Shown: positions 56,701 through 64,000 of the stretch, in pieces | How positions within the stretch are numbered: the first letter of the stretch is position 1 | Layout of the letters: every line of letters begins with the position of its first letter | Assembly: GCA_964589485.1 (NCBI GenBank) | Contig: CAZPRK010000004.1 | Span: forward strand, 20,611 to 84,610 | Length of the DNA: 64,000 nt | DNA from: an uncultured Methanosarcinales archaeon | GTDB taxonomy: Archaea; Nanobdellota; Nanobdellia; Woesearchaeales; CAYSVS01 | Reading direction: 5' to 3' | Translations under genes and position numbers: made by a program | The notes under the pieces: generated by a model | What the model saw: the letters and a program-made list of their open reading frames with translations, nothing else | Databases searched by the model: none | What the model was told of the DNA's origin: nothing

Positions 56701-57267
56701 TTACATCATTAATTTTATTAAAATAGGAGCAACTTTACTCAACATCCACCAGTTAAATAATAAATGAGTAGCAGAGAAAGCTACTAATCTTATTGGGTTT
56801 CCGCCCATCATGTAATATAATGGTAATAAAATGATATTGTATGCTAGTAATAAAGTTATTCCTGTTACTGATACATTTCCAGTAAACATAAAATGTGCAA
56901 TTATTCCCACTATTGTGATTGCAATTAAACTTAAGAAAGTTATTGGAGCAAGTTTCATTGTTAATAATTTACCTAAGAATAATCCTAAAAATCCCACCAT
57001 TGCCCCTGCTAAAGGTCCATATGCAATGCTACATAATATTGTTCCTGAAAAAACTAATTCCATTCCCAAACTCCATTTGATATATACATGATACCACATT
57101 GAAAATGCTCCTGCTAGAATGAAAAAAATAATAAAAAATAATGCTCTTATATAATTAAATGTTAATATGAAAAATGTAATTGCTAAACAAATTGCAAAGA
57201 ATATTACTACACCCCAATAAAATCTTGGGTTTTTATTTCTAAGTTTTTGTACATAGTTCATATACAT
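56701..57267 (-). CDS. 5-TM membrane protein, tandem paralog A (BioY/ECF-S-like?)
   Basis: Collinear paralog of 56120..56698, separated from it by 2 nt. Confidence 0.5.
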   Translation of the reverse strand: MYMNYVQKLRNKNPRFYWGVVIFFAICLAITFFILTFNYIRALFFIIFFILAGAFSMWYHVYIKWSLGMELVFSGTILCSIAYGPLAGAMVGFLGLFLGKLLTMKLAPITFLSLIAITIVGIIAHFMFTGNVSVTGITLLLAYNIILLPLYYMMGGNPIRLVAFSATHLLFNWWMLSKVAPILIKLMM

Positions 57268-57343
57268 AGATTTATTTGTTAGTTATATAAATATAACTGA
57301 GTAAAAAGCAATCTTTAATAATAACTATAAATATCTAGAAAAT

Positions 57344-57712
57344 ATGAAAGAAGCTTTTAATGAACTTTTTGAAACTCAGAAAAAAAATAGAGAACAATGT
57401 CCATGGGCAAAAATCCAAAACATTGAAGGTTATTCACTTTATTTAAAAGATGAGTTAGAAGAATTGTTAACTGCAATTAAAAACAAAGACTGGAATAATG
57501 TAAAAGAAGAAACAGGAGATATGTTTTTAATTTTAGTATTTCTTTCAGTAATGGCAGAAGAGAAAGGTTTATTTACTTTAAAGGAAGTTATTCAAACTAC
57601 AACTGAAAAAATTAAGTTAAGAAAACCTTGGGTTTTTTCAGACATGAAAGGAATAGATAACCCTGAGAAAGCTTCACAAATGTGGAAAGAAATTAAAGAG
57701 AAATTAAAATGA
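57344..57712 (+). CDS. MazG-family nucleotide pyrophosphohydrolase
   Basis: 'EELEELLTAI...EETGDMFLILVFL' EExxE...EExGD MazG motifs. Confidence 0.7.
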   Translation: MKEAFNELFETQKKNREQCPWAKIQNIEGYSLYLKDELEELLTAIKNKDWNNVKEETGDMFLILVFLSVMAEEKGLFTLKEVIQTTTEKIKLRKPWVFSDMKGIDNPEKASQMWKEIKEKLK

Positions 57713-58104
57713 AATGTATTTTTTGTAAAATAATTAAAAATGAAATACCTTCATCGAAAGTATATGAGGATGATGATTTTATTGCAATACTTGATATTGC
57801 TCCTGCAAATACAGGTCACACTTTAATTATTCCAAAAAAACATGTTGAGGTAGTTGATGAATTTGATCTTGATTATATGGTTATTGTAAAAAAAGTAGCT
57901 AAAGCAATAATTACTTCCACCAAATGCCATGGATATAATGTTTTGATAAACAATCATAGAGCTGCAGGGCAAGAAGTAGAACATTTACACATTCATATAA
58001 TTCCTAGGTTTTCTCAGGATAACTTTAGTTTTAAGTGGTCACCTAAAGAATACATTCATGGTGAGATGAAAACTGTTGCTGAAGATATTAAGAAATATCT
58101 GTAA
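57709..58104 (+). CDS. HIT-family hydrolase
   Basis: Histidine triad 'HLHIHIIP'. N-terminal 'IFCKII'. Confidence 0.9.
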   Translation: MKCIFCKIIKNEIPSSKVYEDDDFIAILDIAPANTGHTLIIPKKHVEVVDEFDLDYMVIVKKVAKAIITSTKCHGYNVLINNHRAAGQEVEHLHIHIIPRFSQDNFSFKWSPKEYIHGEMKTVAEDIKKYL

Positions 58105-59193
58105 TTACATATTTCCAATTATAGCATCCGCAAATTCTGAACATTTTAATAAAGTAGCACCTTCCATTTGTCTTTCTAAGTCATAAGTTACTTTCTTTTG
58201 AAGTATTGTTTTTTCAACCGCTGATAATATTAAATCTGCAGCGTCATTATAACCAATGTGTTGTAACATCATAACTCCAGATAAAATAAAACTTCCTGGA
58301 TTAACTTTATCTAATCCTTTATACTTAGGAGCAGTTCCATGAGTTGCTTCAAATAAAGCTATTCCAGTATTATAATTAATATTTCCGCCAGGTGCAAGTC
58401 CAAGTCCTCCAACTTGAGCAGCACAAGCATCAGATAAATAATCTCCGTTTAAATTAGTTGTAACTATAACATCATATTCATTAGGTCTAAGCAATAATTG
58501 TTGAAACATAGCATCCGCTATAACGTCATTAACTTCAATGTCATATTCTTTTGCAACTTCATAACCCCATTCATTAAAAGCTCCTTCTGTAAACTTCATT
58601 ATGTTTCCTTTATGAACCATTGTAACTTTTTTTCTTCCATGTTTAATAGCATATTCGATTGCAGCTTTTACAATTCTTTTTGTTCCAAAGATACTTATTG
58701 GTTTAATTCCAATTCCACTATCTGAACGAACATTATTTCCCATACTATTAATAAAATTAATTACTTCTTTACAAGATTCACTTCCTTCTTTAAATTCTAT
58801 TCCAGAATAAACATCTTCAGTATTTTCTCTAAATATAATAACATCTAACTTTTCAGGATTTTTAACTGGAGCTGGTACTCCTGTAAACCATTTTACTGGC
58901 CTTACGCATGCAAATAAATCAAGTTCTTGACGTAATGTGACATTTAAACTTCTAATGCCTCCGCCGATAGGAGTTGCCAGAGGACCTTTTATTGCAACTT
59001 TATGTTCTTTAATTGCATCCATAGTTTCTTGAGGTAAGTATTCTCCTGTTTTTTCAAAAGCTTCTTCTCCTGCAAGGATCCTTTTCCATGTAATACTTTT
59101 TCCAACTTTATCTAAAGCGGAATTGATTACTTTAATTCCTGCAGTTGTAACTTCTTCACCTACTCCGTCTCCATATATTACTGGTATTTCCAT
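58105..59193 (-). CDS. icd: isocitrate/isopropylmalate dehydrogenase family (probably isocitrate dehydrogenase)
   Basis: Beta-decarboxylating dehydrogenase fold and length. '[19 protein letters not shown]' signature. Lies beside aconitase. Confidence 0.75.
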   Translation of the reverse strand: MEIPVIYGDGVGEEVTTAGIKVINSALDKVGKSITWKRILAGEEAFEKTGEYLPQETMDAIKEHKVAIKGPLATPIGGGIRSLNVTLRQELDLFACVRPVKWFTGVPAPVKNPEKLDVIIFRENTEDVYSGIEFKEGSESCKEVINFINSMGNNVRSDSGIGIKPISIFGTKRIVKAAIEYAIKHGRKKVTMVHKGNIMKFTEGAFNEWGYEVAKEYDIEVNDVIADAMFQQLLLRPNEYDVIVTTNLNGDYLSDACAAQVGGLGLAPGGNINYNTGIALFEATHGTAPKYKGLDKVNPGSFILSGVMMLQHIGYNDAADLILSAVEKTILQKKVTYDLERQMEGATLLKCSEFADAIIGNM

Positions 59194-59195
59194 TT

Positions 59196-61343
59196 CTATT
59201 CACCTGCTATTTTATTCATTGCACTCCCTGCCTTAAACCAGGAAATTTGATTTTCATTATATGAATGATTTAACATAATTTTATCTTTAGAATTTAATGT
59301 CATTTCAATTTGACTTCCTTCACTAAATTCACTTAAGTCAAAAGTAAACACGTCATGAATATTAATTTTATCATAATCCTCTTTATTTGCAAAAGTTAAT
59401 GCTAATATACCTTGCTTTTTTAAATTAGTTTCATGTATTCTTGCAAAACTCTTTGCTATAACAACTCTACAACCTAAATGTCTAGGTTGCATTACGGCTA
59501 ATTCCCGAGAACTTCCTTCTCCATAATTTTCTTCTGCAATAATAACCCAACCAACTTTATTTTTTTTATAATACCTTGCAACATCTGGAACTTTACCGAA
59601 TTCATTTGTAAAAACATTACGGACAATTCCAGCTTTATCATTTTCATAATTAATTGCTCCTATTAATGTATTATTAGAAATATTATCTAAATGTCCTCTA
59701 TATTTTAACCATACGCCAGCCATAGAAATATGATCTGTTGTACATTTTCCTTTAACTTTAATTAATAATGCTAAATTTCTAAAATTATTTTCATTAAATG
59801 AATCAAAGGGAAGTAAAAACTGTAACCTTTCACTATTTTCATTAATATTAATTACATTTCCCATATTATTTTCATTTTTAAGTAAACCTTTACTTTCTTC
59901 AAAGTTATTTGGTAAATCTTTTCCTTTAGGAGCTTCCAATTTAAATTCATCTAAAGAGTCTGTTAAAGGATTAAAAGTTAAACTTCCAGAGATAGCTAAT
60001 GCAGTTACAATCTCAGGGCTTGAAACAAAACATAAAGTATTTGGATTTCCATCATTTCGTTTTGCAAAATTTCTATTAAAACTTGTTACAATTACATTTT
60101 TTTCATTCTCAGAAACATCAACTCTATCCCACATTCCAATACATGGTCCGCAAGCGTTTGATAAAACAATTCCACCAAATTCTTTCAAAATATCTAAAAA
60201 TCCATCTCTTTCAACTGTTTTTTTAATTTTATTACTTCCTGGAGATATAGCGAAAGGTATTTTTGATTTTAATCCATGAGATAATGCTTGTTTTGCAATA
60301 TCTGCACATTTACTTATATCTTCGTAACTTGAATTAGTACAACTTCCTATTAATGCATAACTTATTTTAGGAAATTCTGCATCTTTAATATCATTTAATG
60401 TCCAACTCCTATCTGGAGTAAAAGGTCCATTAAGTCTGGGTTCTAAAGAAGATAAATCAATTTCAATAACTTCATTATAAAACTGATTAGGGTTTTCTAA
60501 AACTTCATCATCTTGCTTTAATTCAGGAATATAACTTGTATCACGTCCAGTAATTTCTAAAAACTTTTTCATTGATTCATCATATGGAAAGATACTTGTT
60601 GTAGCTCCAATTTCAGCACCCATGTTACAAATTGTAGCTTTTCCTGTACACGATATAGTTTCACAACCTTCTCCAAAATATTCAATTATATGTCCAGTTC
60701 CACCTTTTACTGTTAATTTTTCAGCTAAAAACAAAATTACATCTTTTGGACTACACCAACCTGACAATGAACCTATTAATTTAACTCCAATAATTTTAGG
60801 CCATTTTAATTCCCAAGGTAAATTAACCATTGGTTCTAATACATCTGCTCCTCCAACTCCAATTGCTAAAGTACATAACCCACCTGCATTAGGAGTATGA
60901 CTATCTGTTCCTAATATTAATTGTCCAGGTATGGCATAATTTTCTAGAACTACTTGATGAATTATTCCAGAGCCTGGTTCCCAAAAATCAAAACCAAATT
61001 TAGAACTTGCACTTTTAAGAAAATCATAAACTTCTTTATTTTGTTCTATAGCTTTAGCTAAATCTTTTTCCTCTCCTTCTTTTGCTGAAATTAAATGATC
61101 ACAATGTATACTTACTGGGATAGAGCTTGGTTTATTAATTAAATTAAATTGAAGTAAAGCCATTTGTGCAGTTGCATCTTGCATTGCAATTCTATCTGGA
61201 ATAAATTCAACATAATTTAAGTTATTTTTATCTTTAATATTAGAATGACTAAGTAAAATCTTTTCACTTAATGTAAGAGGTCCAAATCTATTTCTTAAGT
61301 TAATTAATTTTTCTTTTAATTCTCTATAAAATTCCGAAGTCAT
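59196..61343 (-). CDS. acn: aconitate hydratase (mitochondrial-type aconitase family)
   Basis: '[11 protein letters not shown]' with Fe-S ligand context 'SCTNSS' and 'NACGPCIG'. 715 aa. Confidence 0.85.
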   Translation of the reverse strand: MTSEFYRELKEKLINLRNRFGPLTLSEKILLSHSNIKDKNNLNYVEFIPDRIAMQDATAQMALLQFNLINKPSSIPVSIHCDHLISAKEGEEKDLAKAIEQNKEVYDFLKSASSKFGFDFWEPGSGIIHQVVLENYAIPGQLILGTDSHTPNAGGLCTLAIGVGGADVLEPMVNLPWELKWPKIIGVKLIGSLSGWCSPKDVILFLAEKLTVKGGTGHIIEYFGEGCETISCTGKATICNMGAEIGATTSIFPYDESMKKFLEITGRDTSYIPELKQDDEVLENPNQFYNEVIEIDLSSLEPRLNGPFTPDRSWTLNDIKDAEFPKISYALIGSCTNSSYEDISKCADIAKQALSHGLKSKIPFAISPGSNKIKKTVERDGFLDILKEFGGIVLSNACGPCIGMWDRVDVSENEKNVIVTSFNRNFAKRNDGNPNTLCFVSSPEIVTALAISGSLTFNPLTDSLDEFKLEAPKGKDLPNNFEESKGLLKNENNMGNVININENSERLQFLLPFDSFNENNFRNLALLIKVKGKCTTDHISMAGVWLKYRGHLDNISNNTLIGAINYENDKAGIVRNVFTNEFGKVPDVARYYKKNKVGWVIIAEENYGEGSSRELAVMQPRHLGCRVVIAKSFARIHETNLKKQGILALTFANKEDYDKINIHDVFTFDLSEFSEGSQIEMTLNSKDKIMLNHSYNENQISWFKAGSAMNKIAGE

Positions 61344-61395
61344 AGAAATAAGTAAATATAGTTTCTTTTTATATCTTTGTTTTGATATAACTTAT

Positions 61396-63291
61396 TTACT
61401 TTAACCTAATAGTTTCAAGAATTCTTGGTGCAACAGTTTCAATTCTGTTTTGTTTATGTATACTTCTTGCTAAATCTAAAGTTCTACTACTTTCGCCATG
61501 AATTACAATTACTTTTTTAGGTCTAGGTGAACATTTGCTTACAAAACCCATTAATTCTTTACGGTCGGCATGATCTGAAATTTCAATTTTATGAACTTCC
61601 ATTTTAAGAGGTGTGATTTCTTGTTTAGTTCCTTTTTGTGTTACAAGTTCCCTTAATCCGTTTTGAATTCTTTTACCTAAACTACCTTCTCCTTGATAAC
61701 ATGAAAATACTAAAGTATTTTTCTCATTATCTGCAAGATGTTTTAGGTATTCTACACTAGGACCACCAACTAACATTCCAGAAGTTGCTAGAATTAAACA
61801 AGGTCCACTGTATTCAATAACTTCCATTCTTTCTTTTTGACTACCAATTCTTTTAAAATATGGTTGTAAAAAAGGATTATTATCTTTATGGAATATTTGA
61901 TTTCTAATATTTTTATTTAAAAATTCAGGATATGCAGTATGTATTGCAGTAACGTCCCATACCATTCCATCAATGTAAACAGGAATTTCGTCTATAACTC
62001 CAGTGCTAATTAAATTTTCAACCATTACTATTACATCTTGTGCTCTTCCTGTTCCCAACACTGGCATTAAAACTTTTCCGCCACGTTGAACTGTAGTTTT
62101 AATAATTTCTCCAAGGATTCTATCTCCTTCTTTAGGGTTTGGTAAAACATTATCTCTTCCGCCATATGTACTTTCCATCATTAAAGTTTCAAGCCTAGGA
62201 AATTTCCAATTTGCTCCTTCTAACAATTGAGTTCTTGCAAACTTTAAATCACCAGTATAAACAAAGTTATGTAATCCATTTCCAATATGTATATGAACCA
62301 GTGCAGCTCCTAATATATGTCCTGCATTGTATAACGTTAATCTTAAATCAGGAGTAATGTCTGCCACTTCTTCATAATTTAAAGTAATACAATGTTTAAC
62401 CATTTCTTTAACATCTTCAGAAGTATAAATTGGTTCTCTTCCTTCATTTCTCATAATTTTAACTGCATCTAATGCCAATAGAGCCATTACATCTCTTGTT
62501 GGTTCTGTACAATAAACAGGTCCTTTATATCCAAATTTATACAAATATGGAACTAGGCCACTGTGATCAATATGACTATGGGTTATAATTACTGCATCTA
62601 ATTCATCAATTTTAAATTCAGGAGCCTCTAAGTTTGGATAAGGTTCTTTATCATTTGCAACGTCAATTCCACAATCAAGTAAAACTCTAGATTCTGGTGT
62701 TTGTAATAAGAAACAACTTCTTCCTACCATTCTTGATGCTCCAAGACAAGTTAATCTAACCCATTCATGTTTTTTATCTCTAATCCAGCCATCATAAATT
62801 CTATGTCCAGCTCTGTTAAGAAACTTTTTTCTTTCACTAGAGTTTTTGTATAATACTGAACGAATATCTTCAATTAATTTAGACCTTATTGCAGGTTTTC
62901 TTCTTATTAGAGGAACCCAGTGAGTTTGTTCTTTAATTTCTCTTAAATTTGCACCTTGTTTTCCGATTGCTACTCCAGGTTTATCGGCTTCAATTATTAC
63001 AATTGATCTTTCATTATCAAAAAAAATTTGGTCTACACCTGCTTCAGTTTCAATTACTTCTCTAATTTTAATTTCAGCTTGTTCTGAATCCATTAATATT
63101 GAAGGATCAGGTCTTAACTCAACTCTTTTTTTGAATTCATTTACAATTTCTCTAATTATTCCTTTATTATCAAGAAAAAAATCTTTATTTTTTGTATATA
63201 GAACTATGTTAGATGCTTCAAAAACAGCATCGCTAACTAAACTTTTTGAATTTGGAATTTTCTCCAATATTTCTTTTAAAATATCTCCCAT
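61396..63291 (-). CDS. aCPSF1/FttA (KH-KH-MBL-beta-CASP ribonuclease, transcription termination factor)
   Basis: N-terminal KH domains plus MBL 'ITHSHIDHSG'. 631 aa, typical aCPSF1 architecture. Confidence 0.9.
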   Translation of the reverse strand: MGDILKEILEKIPNSKSLVSDAVFEASNIVLYTKNKDFFLDNKGIIREIVNEFKKRVELRPDPSILMDSEQAEIKIREVIETEAGVDQIFFDNERSIVIIEADKPGVAIGKQGANLREIKEQTHWVPLIRRKPAIRSKLIEDIRSVLYKNSSERKKFLNRAGHRIYDGWIRDKKHEWVRLTCLGASRMVGRSCFLLQTPESRVLLDCGIDVANDKEPYPNLEAPEFKIDELDAVIITHSHIDHSGLVPYLYKFGYKGPVYCTEPTRDVMALLALDAVKIMRNEGREPIYTSEDVKEMVKHCITLNYEEVADITPDLRLTLYNAGHILGAALVHIHIGNGLHNFVYTGDLKFARTQLLEGANWKFPRLETLMMESTYGGRDNVLPNPKEGDRILGEIIKTTVQRGGKVLMPVLGTGRAQDVIVMVENLISTGVIDEIPVYIDGMVWDVTAIHTAYPEFLNKNIRNQIFHKDNNPFLQPYFKRIGSQKERMEVIEYSGPCLILATSGMLVGGPSVEYLKHLADNEKNTLVFSCYQGEGSLGKRIQNGLRELVTQKGTKQEITPLKMEVHKIEISDHADRKELMGFVSKCSPRPKKVIVIHGESSRTLDLARSIHKQNRIETVAPRILETIRLK

Positions 63292-63318
63292 AATTAATCA
63301 CCAAAAGAAAAAATATTT

Positions 63319-63954
63319 TTAAAGTTCAACACTTAGAACTTTAGGTTCAAGTTTTTTCATTCCTTCTTTAGTTATAGTAAAAACATTAATCCCATTTCCA
63401 GATGCACTATCTCTTTTTAATGCAGTATTTATTGCTACTGTTGCTATTTTAACTCCCTCTTCAACTGAAATATCAGGTTTGTAATGAGTTTCTAATACAC
63501 CGTAAGCAAAAACACTTCCAGATCCTGAACTAATAAAATCATCTACTAATTGAATAGATCCATCTGGAAAAATATCATATACGCTATGTCCTTCATCATC
63601 TATTCCTCCTAGAATAAAATGAGCAATTCCTGGAATCATTGACATTTTTCTAATATTTTGATAAACCATTCCAGCTAATAAATTTGCACTTTCTTTAACT
63701 GTTGGTTCTCTATTATTTCTAATTTTGATTAAATTTAATTCAGCTTTAATTAATTTTGTTACTAATTGAGCATCTGATACAGTACCAGCCATAGTAACTG
63801 CTAAATTATTTGCAATTGGAATAACTTTATCTGTTCTACTATTAACTATTAAATTTCCAGCTGTTGCCCTCATATCTGCAGCTAACACAACTCCATCTTT
63901 ACAAATTAAGCCTACAGTAGTAGTACCTGTTTTTAATCTTTCATCTTCTGTCAT
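63319..63954 (-). CDS. psmB: proteasome beta subunit
   Basis: Propeptide then 'TTTVGLICKDGVVLAADMRATAG' (Thr1 nucleophile). 211 aa. Confidence 0.9.
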   Translation of the reverse strand: MTEDERLKTGTTTVGLICKDGVVLAADMRATAGNLIVNSRTDKVIPIANNLAVTMAGTVSDAQLVTKLIKAELNLIKIRNNREPTVKESANLLAGMVYQNIRKMSMIPGIAHFILGGIDDEGHSVYDIFPDGSIQLVDDFISSGSGSVFAYGVLETHYKPDISVEEGVKIATVAINTALKRDSASGNGINVFTITKEGMKKLEPKVLSVEL

Positions 63955-64000
63955 ATTTAATTACCTCTCAGAATTAATATAATATAATTAACTTCAAGAT

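Noticed and set aside
1-64000. Mobile elements, prophage, integrase or transposase, and toxin-antitoxin pairs
   Set aside because: No recognisable integrase, transposase, inverted terminal repeats or phage structural genes. The AbrB-like small proteins are not paired with recognisable toxins.

Overview
This is a low-GC (~28-30%), tightly packed archaeal chromosomal segment. TFB, an HMf-type histone, thermosome, aIF2-gamma, aCPSF1, Cbf5, Elp3, proteasome beta, SRP54, and ribosomal proteins S6e and L44e are all recognisable. Many genes are preceded by Shine-Dalgarno-like GGAGG/GGTG, adjacent genes often overlap by 4 nt (ATGA), and several lipoproteins carry Cys lipoboxes. The overall content suggests a small-genome, DPANN-like archaeon, but this placement is inference. 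I see one intron-containing tRNA-Tyr and no rRNA, CRISPR array, integrase or transposase. Most of the window is housekeeping. Carbon and redox genes include aconitase, IDH, TrxB, PGM/PMM, IMPase, CcdA/TlpA, DsbA-like, Grx and a blue-copper protein. The remainder is many lineage-specific hypotheticals. The most unusual items are these. (1) A co-directional, overlapping five-gene block encodes an archaeal histone, a VOC enzyme, a SAM-MTase, a minimal SNF2-family ATPase and a coiled-coil protein. (2) An AbrB-like small protein, a compound hairpin, a membrane-anchored Lys-rich protein and a ParA/MinD ATPase look like a segregation or positioning module. (3) A membrane gene cluster holds an orphan CheY-like receiver, two tandem paralogous 5-TM proteins and an acidic protein encoded by 33-nt tandem repeats. 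(4) A frameshifted, truncated remnant of a PEP-utilising (PPDK_N) enzyme. (5) Twin mini-ORFs sharing a C-terminal FMKGYEEA motif sit next to tRNA-Tyr. (6) A nucleotidyltransferase is fused to an N-terminal ribbon-helix-helix domain. (7) A regulator-like protein is made of two tandem winged-helix-like halves. All functional calls rest on motif recognition by eye; no database search was possible.
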